Assembly (NCBI GenBank): GCA_963676395.1
Contig: OY781066.1
Span: 2,144,001 to 2,208,000 of the forward strand
Direction of reading: 5' to 3'
Origin: a bacterium
Lineage (GTDB): Bacteria > Fidelibacterota > Fidelibacteria > Fidelibacterales > Fidelibacteraceae
DNA: 64,000 nucleotides
The notes beneath the pieces are model-generated. The model was not told the origin of the DNA, ran no database searches, and saw nothing but the letters and a program-made list of their open reading frames with translations. How positions within the stretch are numbered: the stretch's first letter is position 1; every line of letters begins with the position of its first letter. Positions 20,143 to 30,552 of the stretch are shown here, in pieces. The position numbers were made by a program, and so were the translations under genes.

Positions 20143-20862
20143 TTATTTAGAGCTTTCATTAATAAACATTTTAAACAGTTTATTTCTTTGTTCATTATCC
20201 AGTTTTTCAGGATGAAATTGTGTTCCCATTACCCATTGGTCTGAAACGAATTCAATGCATTCCACGATGGAATCGCGAGACATGGCTGTAATTTTAAATT
20301 TATCGCTGAGATATGCGGGATCTACACATTGGTGATGCCATGAGTTGACCATTAAGCTATCACCGAATAGATCATGTAATCTTGAGTTTTTCTTGATATC
20401 GATCATATGCTCTACACCGCGATGATTGGGAATGTCTCTAAATAGTTTACCTCCGGTTGCTATATTCATCAACTGCTCTCCCGCGCAGATACCCAACATT
20501 GGTTTACCGCTGGCGAAGGCCAAATGTATATAAAGTGAATCAAAGGATGCGCGGTGTTCATGCATAACGGTCATGGTCGGATGCATATCTTTTCCATACC
20601 AATGCGGAAAATAATCTCTACCGCCAATGAAAATAAATGCATCAGCATCCTTGAATTCTTCCAATAAAAGGTCTTTGTCATCGGTGCAGGGTATAAGTCT
20701 GACTCGACCACCATTTTCGCGAATGGCATCGATATAGGATTTGTTAATATAGTACTTCCCGTTCCAATATGAACTACCGATCGCGATGACAGGGTCGGTA
20801 TTCGCGGAGCAGGAAAAGAGAGTGATGATTGCGATTAACAGTGATAAAGATCTGATATTCAT
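20143..20862 (-). CDS. Peptidase C26 / gamma-glutamyl hydrolase family GATase with lipoprotein signal
   Basis: GICAG nucleophile elbow, VNSWHHQ, QFHPE; N-terminal LFSC lipobox. Confidence 0.88.
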   Translation of the reverse strand: MNIRSLSLLIAIITLFSCSANTDPVIAIGSSYWNGKYYINKSYIDAIRENGGRVRLIPCTDDKDLLLEEFKDADAFIFIGGRDYFPHWYGKDMHPTMTVMHEHRASFDSLYIHLAFASGKPMLGICAGEQLMNIATGGKLFRDIPNHRGVEHMIDIKKNSRLHDLFGDSLMVNSWHHQCVDPAYLSDKFKITAMSRDSIVECIEFVSDQWVMGTQFHPEKLDNEQRNKLFKMFINESSK

Positions 20863-20975
20863 GTGATTATCTATTGTTCCTTTTTGTTTGATTTAATGGG
20901 TATTCCCTTTTTATATCATGTAATTAAAATAAAAAAAATATACGATTATCACATTACTTTCTTTATTTTTAAGTC

Positions 20976-22538
20976 ATGGCACGCACATTATGCATACATA
21001 ACGGCCGAATATACGGTCGTCAGGGACTTCAGGACGATACCTCTATCGTTATAGAAAACGGTATTATCAAGTATATTGGTGATGAGCGTGGTATTCAACA
21101 ATATATGCAAGGTGATGTTGAACTTATCAATGCCGACGAACATATTATTTTCCCCGGCTTTATTGATACTCATTTACACCTGAGTGAATGGGCACGTCAA
21201 CATGATTATTTATCGCTTGGTGGATTTACTTCATTGTTTGAAGTTGTAGAGTTTGTTGAAGAACAGGCAAAAGGAAAGAGCTGGATCTTTGGAGGAGGAT
21301 GGAATCAAAACAACTGGAAGGAAGGTACCATGCCTCATCGGGCAGACCTAAGAAGATTGGCTCGAGGTACCAAGGCCATTTTTTATTCAAAGGATCTTCA
21401 TTCTGCATGGGTTAATGAGTCTGTTATTGATCTTTTCCCTTTTAAAGATGTTATGAATATGCTACGCAAAGGTTATGTTAATCGGGATGAAGATGGTCGC
21501 TTAGATGGCATTATCCGTGAAGAGGCCATGGAAGTCTTACTTGACCCTATCATGAAGCAGCATCCTGCACCTATTTTTGCCGATCCTTATAAATATTTTA
21601 AAGAGTTTTATAAGCATGGTATTACATCTGTTCATACCATGGAGAATTTGGAGAATTATAAAAAATATTTAGCTTTGTATCAGTATGAGCTAAATCGTGG
21701 TCTTAGGATAGGTGTTTATATCTATAATTCCGATAGCGCCAAAGTTTACGAACAGGATCTGAAGTTCGGAAGCGGAGGAGATTGGTTAAGATTTTACGGT
21801 ATCAAGTGTTTTGTAGATGGTGCTTTAGGCTCTCAGACAGCTTGGATGCGTGATCTTTATGAAAATAGCGATCACTTTGGTAAAAAGGTATTACATGATT
21901 TTCCCCTACAGCAAGCCATTGCTCGTGCCGAAGCCAATTCTTGTGCTTTAAGTATTCACGCCATCGGTGATGCCGCTGTTGAACATGTTCTTGACACTTT
22001 AGATTTTCTTGGCAGGCCTTTGAGGGTACCTGTGAGAATAGAGCACGCTCAATGTGTTGACGCCATGCTAATAGAGAGAATAAAATCCAAGAATATAATG
22101 CTGTCAGTGAATCCATCTCATCTTATCGAAGATAAAGAAGTTGCGGAATTGCATTGGGGTAAAAGATCTCGATATGCTTTTGCCTATAGATCTATGAAAA
22201 TGGCAGAATTGCCTTTTGCTTTCGGTTCGGATGCTCCGGTTGAGGATATTAATCCTTGGAAAGGCATTTATGCTGCAGTGCATCGAATTGGGGCCAATGA
22301 TTCGCAACCTTGGTATCCCGAAGAGATCATTCGTTTGACTGATGCCATTCACGCCAGTACCTTTTATGGAGGTGTGATCAATGGTAGAAATGAGAAAAAG
22401 GGAGTTTTAGCTCCGGGGTATTTGGGCGACCTCTTTATATGTTCTCATGATGTATTTGAAGATGGGTTGGACGATTGGGAAGATTTTCATTCTCTGCTAA
22501 CTGTAATTGGCGGTAACGTCGTTCATAAAGAATTATAA
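20976..22538 (+). CDS. Amidohydrolase family 3 (YtcJ-like)
   Basis: PGFIDTHLH, KCFVDGALGSQTA, IHAIGD, RIEHAQ, FGSDAPV. Confidence 0.92.
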   Translation: MARTLCIHNGRIYGRQGLQDDTSIVIENGIIKYIGDERGIQQYMQGDVELINADEHIIFPGFIDTHLHLSEWARQHDYLSLGGFTSLFEVVEFVEEQAKGKSWIFGGGWNQNNWKEGTMPHRADLRRLARGTKAIFYSKDLHSAWVNESVIDLFPFKDVMNMLRKGYVNRDEDGRLDGIIREEAMEVLLDPIMKQHPAPIFADPYKYFKEFYKHGITSVHTMENLENYKKYLALYQYELNRGLRIGVYIYNSDSAKVYEQDLKFGSGGDWLRFYGIKCFVDGALGSQTAWMRDLYENSDHFGKKVLHDFPLQQAIARAEANSCALSIHAIGDAAVEHVLDTLDFLGRPLRVPVRIEHAQCVDAMLIERIKSKNIMLSVNPSHLIEDKEVAELHWGKRSRYAFAYRSMKMAELPFAFGSDAPVEDINPWKGIYAAVHRIGANDSQPWYPEEIIRLTDAIHASTFYGGVINGRNEKKGVLAPGYLGDLFICSHDVFEDGLDDWEDFHSLLTVIGGNVVHKEL

Positions 22539-22543
22539 TATCC

Positions 22544-23248
22544 ATGAAAGATTATTTAAAGCATAGTTCATCATTTCTCTTTGGTGTGATCATTTCTATT
22601 CCCTTGGCTATTTACTATGAAATCTCCATGATCATGATCAATAAAGGATATGAAATTGAGGCAAGAAATGCTGCAGATGCTCTTTTTCGGAGAATATTTC
22701 AGGGCTTAGGGTATGAGGGACCGCTTGCCGGGATCGTGCTCTTTGCATTTTTGTTCATTTTTGCGGCCATCGCACAAGGAGCTCATAAAGATAAAAAAGG
22801 CATCAAGATCAAGTGGTTATATTATCCAGTTGTGATAGCAGAGAGCTTGCTTTATGCGATGATATTATTTGCGATTATGTCTATTGCAATGAATGCTATT
22901 GCGCCGGCAATGGCACTTTCTTTGGTTGATATAGGTTATAGTTTAGGTGCCGGTGTATATGAAGAGATATTATTCAGAGCTTTTTTATTGAGTGCTTTAC
23001 TATATATTGCCAATAAGATTCCCGGAGAGAAACATGTAAACAAGATCGCCGCTGTTCTTATAAGTGCTCTTATTTTTTCAGCAGCTCACTATATCGGAGC
23101 AGGCGCTTATGAATTTCTATGGTCTACATTTATAATCAGAACTTTGGGTGGATTATTGCTGGGTTTTGTATTTATGTTGCGAGGGCTTGGACCGGCCGTT
23201 TATACACATGCAATTTATGATGTGCTGGTGTATACACTTATAAAATAG
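22544..23248 (+). CDS. CPBP (Abi/CAAX) intramembrane metalloprotease
   Basis: EEILFR, FSAAH, HAIYD motifs; multi-TM. Confidence 0.88.
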   Translation: MKDYLKHSSSFLFGVIISIPLAIYYEISMIMINKGYEIEARNAADALFRRIFQGLGYEGPLAGIVLFAFLFIFAAIAQGAHKDKKGIKIKWLYYPVVIAESLLYAMILFAIMSIAMNAIAPAMALSLVDIGYSLGAGVYEEILFRAFLLSALLYIANKIPGEKHVNKIAAVLISALIFSAAHYIGAGAYEFLWSTFIIRTLGGLLLGFVFMLRGLGPAVYTHAIYDVLVYTLIK

Positions 23249-23307
23249 TAATTGTTGTTCCCGAAGTATTGTAGTGAATCACTACTACTCAATTAAAAAG
23301 GATAAAT

Positions 23308-24033
23308 ATGAAAAAACTATTACTCATCCTATGCATTATCGTTCCTCTTATGGCACAAAACCTCCAGGTTCACTACCAGCTTCGTGAAGACAAACAGCAT
23401 ATATCAACGACTTTGGAACAATTTACAGGTGATAAACTGGGCTTAACATACTGGTTTATCTCAGCTGATTATAAGGATATTCAAACCAATGAGCATCTAT
23501 TGAGAGGGAATATGACATCGATTTATGGCGAGTTTTATCGATTTTTTAATATCCCAAAGCTCTCCGGATTGATGGCAGGTATTCAATATGCCGATGGATT
23601 TATGATTTATCCGGAAATTGTGGAAGCTATACCGGATATTGATGGTATGTCTTTTGGGCGTTATTGGATGTTGGGGTTGGCGTATAATGTGCCGATTGGC
23701 AATATGTATGTTTTGACCAGTATCTGGGCAAAGAAAAAGCAAGGTTATAATTACGATTGGCAATTGACCTTGGCTTGGGGACATAATTTTTGGCAAGATC
23801 GTTTGACTTTTAACGGCTATTTTGATCTTTGGGGAGAAAGAAGATCAGTTGATGTAAATAATTCTTCATCGATAAATCCATATAAAGTCGTTTTATTGAC
23901 TGAACCACAGCTGTATTATAATTTTAATCCGCATCTGGCAATAGGAGCTAAAGCTCAGGTATCCTGTAATTTTGAATTTGGGCAGGATGGCTTAAGATTT
24001 GCACCGACCATTGCGGCTCGCTGGAATTTTTAA
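23308..24033 (+). CDS. DUF5020 family (Tsx-like) outer-membrane protein
   Basis: Signal peptide then QNLQVHY..TTLEQF..DKLGLTYWF, FNGYFDLW, TEPQLYYN; ends WNF. Confidence 0.75.
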   Translation: MKKLLLILCIIVPLMAQNLQVHYQLREDKQHISTTLEQFTGDKLGLTYWFISADYKDIQTNEHLLRGNMTSIYGEFYRFFNIPKLSGLMAGIQYADGFMIYPEIVEAIPDIDGMSFGRYWMLGLAYNVPIGNMYVLTSIWAKKKQGYNYDWQLTLAWGHNFWQDRLTFNGYFDLWGERRSVDVNNSSSINPYKVVLLTEPQLYYNFNPHLAIGAKAQVSCNFEFGQDGLRFAPTIAARWNF

Positions 24034-24084
24034 TACAGGATTTGTAACCGGTAAACTATAGTTCTCAGTATCCGATACTCGTTC

Positions 24085-25590
24085 TTATATATCCAATGGT
24101 TTAACCATTAAATCTTTTTCGTAAGCAAAATGCACTTTGCCGGGTGGCATGCCTTTGCGTTTTGTGACATATTTTCGATCGGTACATACAATTGTCACAA
24201 GAGATGAGTGCTTTTCATCACTGTATCTGGCGGCCAAAGCTGCCGCGTATTCAACGATATGCTTTGGAATGTCCTTGCGTCCGTCTTTCTTAATAATGAC
24301 GTGTGAGCCCGTGCTATGGCGTGTGTGGAGCCATACATCAGTCTTGTGAGCATGGTGAAACGTAAGGTCATCATTATCACGTGCCGATCGTCCTACCCAA
24401 ATACGCCAATCTTCTTTTAGATATTCTTTGTAGGGGCGCCGTTCGTCATTTTTACTCGATATTCTCACCGCTCTTTTTAACATTTCCGCATGCTGTTTTT
24501 GAAAATCTCTCAGGGGACGAATATCCTTGATCCCGATCAATTCTTTGTAGAGTTTTTCCCATTTTGCATACTCGGAAGTTAAATCCATATGCCGTTGTTT
24601 ATCCTCAAGAATTCGGTTTTCGCTAGAGCGTGCTTTCTTGTAAAAAGCATCAATGTTGTCTGCTAGTGTCATTTCTTTTTTAAGCGGGATATGTGTAGGG
24701 AAATTCTCCTGTTGATACATTTCCGGAATTTCAAAACTTTCGCTGTGATCTTTAAGCATATATCTACAGGATGATAGTATCGATGCAAAGTATCGGAATT
24801 TTTCCGCCCGTTTTGCAACACGGCCATCGTCTTTAGTATGTCTGATATGCTTTTGTAAATCATTTAGTTTATCCGAAATACGCTTTTCTAAGGATTTATA
24901 TTCACTATCAAAATGATCTTCTTTAAGATCCAATATCACATAATTTCTATAATTTCTGTAGAATGCTTCAGGCTCGTACTTTTCCGGGGTGTGGGTAAGA
25001 ACAAAGCGGTTTCCAAGAATATTCCCATTTGAATTATTCATGATCTCGAGCAGGGAAGGGTAGTCGGTGACATTAAAAATATCAAAAGCATTCTTGCGCC
25101 AAAAAGAAGAAAAGCGGGGATCGTCCTCGAAAGAATTGTATTCAAGCATTTTATCAGTAAACGGAATTTCAACAGCGATCTTTTTCTTGAAAAGCTCTAG
25201 GGATTCGCCATTATCGTAAGCAATGTTGCCTCGATTGGATAAAAATGTAATGTAGAGCAGCGATCCATTCTTGAAATGAAAACGCATAATGCGCTCACCG
25301 GGGATCATATCTATAAGATCAACAATTGCACCTTCCAGTGCAGGAAAGATACGTATGCTGGATTTGTTGACTTTTAAAACCTGAGATGACTGCAAAATGT
25401 ACTGGAAGGGTTGCCCTAAATGCACTTTAAGCGATGGTTTATCTCTAAATTGCAAGTAAAGCTCATTTTTTTCGAAGGTCATACATTTATCAAGAATGGC
25501 CGAAGCATATTCTTGTTTAAAATAATCTGCGCATTTGTTGAGAGTAAACCAATTTGTAATCATGTGGGAAATTAAAGAGACAATAAGCAA
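24085..25590 (-). CDS. NFACT family protein (RqcH/FbpA-like ribosome quality control)
   Basis: C-terminal NFACT-R: VGRSARDNDDLT, WLH..STGSHVI, AAALAARYS, PPGKV; true start probably at MITNW. Confidence 0.85.
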   Translation of the reverse strand: MLIVSLISHMITNWFTLNKCADYFKQEYASAILDKCMTFEKNELYLQFRDKPSLKVHLGQPFQYILQSSQVLKVNKSSIRIFPALEGAIVDLIDMIPGERIMRFHFKNGSLLYITFLSNRGNIAYDNGESLELFKKKIAVEIPFTDKMLEYNSFEDDPRFSSFWRKNAFDIFNVTDYPSLLEIMNNSNGNILGNRFVLTHTPEKYEPEAFYRNYRNYVILDLKEDHFDSEYKSLEKRISDKLNDLQKHIRHTKDDGRVAKRAEKFRYFASILSSCRYMLKDHSESFEIPEMYQQENFPTHIPLKKEMTLADNIDAFYKKARSSENRILEDKQRHMDLTSEYAKWEKLYKELIGIKDIRPLRDFQKQHAEMLKRAVRISSKNDERRPYKEYLKEDWRIWVGRSARDNDDLTFHHAHKTDVWLHTRHSTGSHVIIKKDGRKDIPKHIVEYAAALAARYSDEKHSSLVTIVCTDRKYVTKRKGMPPGKVHFAYEKDLMVKPLDI

Positions 25591-26004
25591 TAACCAAGCA
25601 ACAAGTTAGATGTATGACTATTTTGAGCAATGATTTATGCTTTTGTCGATTTAGCAATATATACTGATTGTAATTATATTTTCTAGTTATTAATTACCAC
25701 AAACCAATCCCCGCCAGCTGGATTTTTCCGCAACCTGACTATATAATTGATCCATCATCATTGATAAAACGTGGGCAATTGAGCTCCTGATTTTCTTGAT
25801 TAAGATATTTGAACACATAAAGACACTGTTCCCGGATAACTATATGATGATCATCCTAATGAAGCTAAAATCTGTTATTGATTTACCTGTGTCAATGATA
25901 GTCTCTTTGAAGTATGAGAGTGGATTGCTAAGATAATTAATTTACATGCACTATACTCTTTTCTTATTCTATGAAATATTACGAAAATCTTGTATATTCT
26001 GAAC

Positions 26005-26751
26005 ATGTTTATCAAAGATGCACAACTCCCACATTTCAGCTACCAAAGATCACTAAACGGTAATCCGGATAAGAAAGAAGGCTCTTTGTCGAAAATCGGA
26101 GTTGACCTTGACCTTCATCTTAACCCTAAGCAGATTTACTTGCTTCTCGGTGATTCTGGCTCGGGCAAAAGCACTTTAATGCGCTGTATAGCAGGATTTA
26201 ATGAATTAAAATCGGGGGAGATCGAACTTCAGGGTAAACAAGTGGCCATGCTATTGCAAAACCCTTTTCATCAAATAGTTATGCAAACGGCATATGATGA
26301 ATTGTATTTTCCTCAGAAAAATGCAGGGGTCAATAAGGAAAAAGCAGAAGCAGAGATCTTAAAGATTTCCAAGATGCTGGATATAAGTTCTTTACTTAAT
26401 CGAAATATTTCAACATTATCTTTTGGTGAAACACAATTACTCATGATCGCAACGACAGTGTTAACACCGGCAGATATATATCTTTTTGATGAGCCGACAT
26501 CCCATTTGGATCCACCTGCGATAAAACGATTTTACGCCTGCTTAAGCTTTCTTGCTAAAAAAGGGAAAACGATATTGGTATCAACCCAGAATACAGATGA
26601 ATATACCTTTGCTGATCGCATATTGTTTCTTGAGAATGGGAAATTAAATGCCGACTATACGAAGGACGAGATGCGGGGGTATGTGCAAAGCGGGAAAATC
26701 AAGACCGATGTTCAAATGATCAAAGCCAAATTGAAGGGCCTAAAGAAATGA
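26005..26751 (+). CDS. ABC ATPase (ECF/CbiO-like)
   Basis: GDSGSGKS, LLQNP, LSFGE, LFDEPTSHLD; start taken at ATG 26005. Confidence 0.88.
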   Translation: MFIKDAQLPHFSYQRSLNGNPDKKEGSLSKIGVDLDLHLNPKQIYLLLGDSGSGKSTLMRCIAGFNELKSGEIELQGKQVAMLLQNPFHQIVMQTAYDELYFPQKNAGVNKEKAEAEILKISKMLDISSLLNRNISTLSFGETQLLMIATTVLTPADIYLFDEPTSHLDPPAIKRFYACLSFLAKKGKTILVSTQNTDEYTFADRILFLENGKLNADYTKDEMRGYVQSGKIKTDVQMIKAKLKGLKK

Positions 26752-27461
26752 AACTCCTTCCATTTAGGTATAAGATAAGCGATGAGCTTTATTTACGGAA
26801 CGATTTCAAGCTCGATTTCGATCATGATTTTAAAAATACGAGGGTTAGAGAAGCACACAAAGATAAGCATCACTCATGTTTGGCAATACTGGGTGCTGTA
26901 GGCTCGGGAAAATCCCTGTTGATCAAATTATTGGCCGATTCTCAAATGCATGAAGTGGGAGCATGGTCTGAAACGCCATTTTGTGCCTATTTATCTCAAG
27001 ATCTCACGCGTTTGTTTACCGGGAACAGTATTGAAAGTATTCTTGAAATATATCAAGATAAACGCTATTCGGTTGGTCGACATTTTGATAAAACTTTGTT
27101 TGATGATTATGCTCAAAGATTAAAAATAGATCATCTTATCCGGGCAAATCGCAGGTTAATGCATTATTCCGAAGGTGAAAGACAACGCTTGGGAATATGT
27201 TTATCGGCTGCTGTGCGTGCAAAAATCACAATTCTTGATGAACCGACGACGGCATTGAATATTGAACATAGACTTGAATTGTTTGAGATGATCAAAGAAA
27301 TGAAAACCCGGACCCAAGTCATACTTATATCGCATCGTTTATTAGATTGTATTTCTGTGGCAGATCATTTTGTTCGTATGGAAAATTTGCAAGTTGCCGA
27401 GCATTTTCCACTTGAACAAATAGTTGATAAAGAAGATATTTTAGAGTATTATTTAGGCTAA
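26748..27461 (+). CDS. ABC ATPase, divergent
   Basis: GAVGSGKS, YSEGERQR, ILDEPTTAL, ISHR; ATGA overlap with upstream ATPase. Confidence 0.85.
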   Translation: MKLLPFRYKISDELYLRNDFKLDFDHDFKNTRVREAHKDKHHSCLAILGAVGSGKSLLIKLLADSQMHEVGAWSETPFCAYLSQDLTRLFTGNSIESILEIYQDKRYSVGRHFDKTLFDDYAQRLKIDHLIRANRRLMHYSEGERQRLGICLSAAVRAKITILDEPTTALNIEHRLELFEMIKEMKTRTQVILISHRLLDCISVADHFVRMENLQVAEHFPLEQIVDKEDILEYYLG

Positions 27462-27472
27462 ATGAGGCTGAT

Positions 27473-28090
27473 ATGGAAAATGATAAAATTAAAGATCCTT
27501 ATGTAACTTGGGAATCGGATACGAATAGATATTTCACCTGGGCTAATATTATTTCTATGCTAAGAATTGTTCTTACCGTTCCGGCTGTATGGCTTTTTGC
27601 TACGGATCGCTGGGAATGGGGATTATTTATTTTAGGTGTATGCGTGATTTCGGATTGGTTGGACGGATATGTTGCCCGCAAAACCAATGAGGTCTCCGAT
27701 TTTGGTAAGCTGATCGATCCCTTGGCAGATAAGGTTGTTGCCGCAGGCATGATCTTGCTTATGATCATTCGCATGGAATTTCCTTTGTGGTTTTTGGTCG
27801 TGTTAATGTTGCGTGATGGTAGCATTTATATCATGAAGCGAATTTTTTATAAGCGCTATAAGATCGTAACAGGGGCGAATATTGCGGGAAAGGCGTTTAT
27901 TTTGGTACTTACCATAGCGGGTGTGCTTTGGTTGCTTGAGTATTATCTGGTTTTAAATCTTTATGCCAATTATATATTATATTTTGATGCATTGCTCATG
28001 ATGATCAGTTGGGGTATCTATATTCAGCAGAGTGTAAAGATGTTTAATGCGAAGAAAAAAGAAACAATAGATAAGCATTCATTTCGCTAA
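27473..28090 (+). CDS. CDP-alcohol phosphatidyltransferase
   Basis: DWLDGYVAR...GKLIDPLADK. Confidence 0.92.
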   Translation: MENDKIKDPYVTWESDTNRYFTWANIISMLRIVLTVPAVWLFATDRWEWGLFILGVCVISDWLDGYVARKTNEVSDFGKLIDPLADKVVAAGMILLMIIRMEFPLWFLVVLMLRDGSIYIMKRIFYKRYKIVTGANIAGKAFILVLTIAGVLWLLEYYLVLNLYANYILYFDALLMMISWGIYIQQSVKMFNAKKKETIDKHSFR

Positions 28091-28145
28091 TATTGGGTAC
28101 CTTCAAGCTTACCCATATTTTTGCAAATTAATCATATGGATTTAT

Positions 28146-29111
28146 ATGGCACTATTTAAAAAGAATACAAAACAAGAACCACAAATAGAATCAAAGAAAA
28201 AAGACCGCTACGAAGAGGGGTTAAGCAAATCTCGCAATCGTTTCAAAGAAGGATTGATGTCCCTTTTTGGCCGAGGTATGAAGATATCCACAGATTTTAT
28301 GGATGAGATCGAAGCATTTTTATATGAATCCGATCTGGGTGTTGATGTCTGTGATATGATCTTAGAAAAGATCGAGTCCGAATCACGTAAGAAAGAATTG
28401 CTTTCATATGAGGATATTCAGGCTGTTATTGCGAATATTTTTTCTGAGATGTTTAAAGATGATGATCTGACGATTTCGGTCGATGATCAAAAGCCTTTTG
28501 TTATTTTAGTGGTTGGTGTAAATGGTGCAGGTAAAACGACTACCATTGGTAAACTGGCCAATCTATATCGTAAGCAAGGCAAGAAAGTGCTTATTGTTGC
28601 CGGAGATACTTATCGTGCTGCAGCTATTGAACAATTGGATGTTTGGGCTCAGCGTGCCGGAGTTGACATTATTAAGAATCTTGCAGCCCAGGCACCCTCA
28701 GGTATAGTTTATGATGGTGTACAAGCCGGATTATCAAGAGGGGTAGATGTTATTCTTATTGATACGGCCGGACGTTTACACAATAAATCACATCTTATGG
28801 ATGAATTGGAAAAGATCCATCGCGTGATTCAAAAGGTTATCCCGGATGCACCGCATGAGACATTACTGGTGCTTGATGGATCGATCGGTCAGAATTCTGT
28901 GGTTCAAGCAGAAGAATTCACCAAGATTACACCTGTTAGCGGTTTAATTGTCACTAAGCTTGATGGCACGGCTAAAGGGGGATCAATGATCTGTATCCGA
29001 AAGAAATTGAATATTCCCGTAAAATATATCGGATTAGGTGAAGCGGTTGAAGATCTGCGTGAATTTGAGCCTGAAAAATATGTTACGGCCTTATTTGATA
29101 AAAAATTATAA
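28146..29111 (+). CDS. ftsY: SRP receptor FtsY
   Basis: GVNGAGKTTTIGKLA, DTYRAAA, DTAGR, TKLDGTAKGG. Confidence 0.98.
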   Translation: MALFKKNTKQEPQIESKKKDRYEEGLSKSRNRFKEGLMSLFGRGMKISTDFMDEIEAFLYESDLGVDVCDMILEKIESESRKKELLSYEDIQAVIANIFSEMFKDDDLTISVDDQKPFVILVVGVNGAGKTTTIGKLANLYRKQGKKVLIVAGDTYRAAAIEQLDVWAQRAGVDIIKNLAAQAPSGIVYDGVQAGLSRGVDVILIDTAGRLHNKSHLMDELEKIHRVIQKVIPDAPHETLLVLDGSIGQNSVVQAEEFTKITPVSGLIVTKLDGTAKGGSMICIRKKLNIPVKYIGLGEAVEDLREFEPEKYVTALFDKKL

Positions 29112-29177
29112 AATCAAATCATTCTAATTCCGTGACCAGCTTTTGTGTTGGTCCGAACTCATAATAAAAGAAATACA

Positions 29178-30461
29178 ATGAAAAAATTTAATATTATATC
29201 TCTCGGTTGCTCGAAGAATCTGGTTGATTCGGAAGAAGTAAAAGGTTTGCTCCTACATGGTGGATTTAAGTATGTAGAAAAGGCTGAGGATTCCGAGGTT
29301 CTAATTATTAACACTTGCGGATTTATTCTTCCTGCCAAAGAAGAGGGTATTAATACCATCCTCGAAGCTATTAAGCTCAAAGAGAACGGAGGTATTAAAT
29401 CCTTGATCGTAATGGGATGCTTATCGCAACGATATAAGAAAGAATTGACGGTAGAATTACCTGAGGTAGATGCTTTTTTTGGTGTGGATGAAATTAAAAA
29501 GATCGCAGATTATTTACTTCACAAAGATGCGCAGGCAGCTCCACGTTCTATGATGACACCAGGTCATTATGCTTTCTTAAAAATAGCTGAAGGGTGTAAT
29601 AATTCTTGTGCATTTTGTGCTATTCCCATTATTAGGGGACCACAAAAGAGTCTTGATCCATCTGTAATTCTAAAAGATGCAGAGAATCTAGCAAAACAGG
29701 GAGTGAAAGAACTGATCGTGATCGCTCAGGATACGACCACCTATGGTTGGGATCTGCGTAAAGATATACGACTACATACATTAATGAAAGAACTTGATGC
29801 CATGGATGCCTTCCCTTGGATCCGCTTGCATTATGCACATCCGGCGCATTTTGATACAAAATTGATTGATGTAATTAATAATTCTAAATCGATCTTGCCT
29901 TATATTGATATTCCTATACAGCATATTAATGCAGAACAAATAAAAAGCATGCGTCGCGGTAAAGATGGTGAGCACATTCGAAAACTAATTAAAACCCTAC
30001 GAGATGAAATTAAAGATCTCGCTTTACGAACAACTGTTATGGTGGGTTATCCAGGCGAAAATGAAGCCGCTTTTAATGAATTGCTAAATTTTGTAAAAGA
30101 AACTCGTTTTGATCGTTTGGGTGGCTTTACTTACTCCCAAGAAGAGGGGACTCCCGCAGTTCCCTTAGGTGATCCTTTGCCAGAAGGTACTAAATCTCGT
30201 CGCTTAGAGGCGATAATGAATGTCCAGAGGGAAATATCACTTGAGAAAAATCAAGCGCTTATAGGGACTAAACAGCTGGTCCTGATTGATGCTTATGATA
30301 AGTTAAGTGGTGATGCTTACGGACGTACCTATCGCGATTCTCCGGATATTGATAATCGTGTTATTATTCCTCGCGAAATGAAAAAAGGTGAGTTTATGGA
30401 GGTGGAGATCACCGATGCGGTGGATTATGATTTGCTTGGGGATATTATAATTGACGAGTGA
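29178..30461 (+). CDS. rimO: Ribosomal protein S12 methylthiotransferase RimO
   Basis: SLGCSKNLVDSE, NTCGFI, KIAEGCNNSCAFCAIP, TRAM domain with PDID; start taken at ATG 29178. Confidence 0.96.
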   Translation: MKKFNIISLGCSKNLVDSEEVKGLLLHGGFKYVEKAEDSEVLIINTCGFILPAKEEGINTILEAIKLKENGGIKSLIVMGCLSQRYKKELTVELPEVDAFFGVDEIKKIADYLLHKDAQAAPRSMMTPGHYAFLKIAEGCNNSCAFCAIPIIRGPQKSLDPSVILKDAENLAKQGVKELIVIAQDTTTYGWDLRKDIRLHTLMKELDAMDAFPWIRLHYAHPAHFDTKLIDVINNSKSILPYIDIPIQHINAEQIKSMRRGKDGEHIRKLIKTLRDEIKDLALRTTVMVGYPGENEAAFNELLNFVKETRFDRLGGFTYSQEEGTPAVPLGDPLPEGTKSRRLEAIMNVQREISLEKNQALIGTKQLVLIDAYDKLSGDAYGRTYRDSPDIDNRVIIPREMKKGEFMEVEITDAVDYDLLGDIIIDE

Positions 30462-30497
30462 TTGACTCAAAAAGATCAAAGAGGAAAATGAAGAAAT

Positions 30498-30536
30498 AAA
30501 AGCAGGAGTTGGAAATGTCCAACCCCTGCTTTTTTT
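30498..30536. terminator. Bidirectional terminator
   Basis: aaaagcaggagttgga...tccaacccctgctttttt between convergent genes. Confidence 0.75.
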
Positions 30537-30552
30537 AATGTTTTACATTAAA

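Noticed and set aside
23271..23285. Palindrome GTAGTG-AAT-CACTAC before DUF5020
   Set aside because: Too short and unlike the other REP subtypes; may be chance
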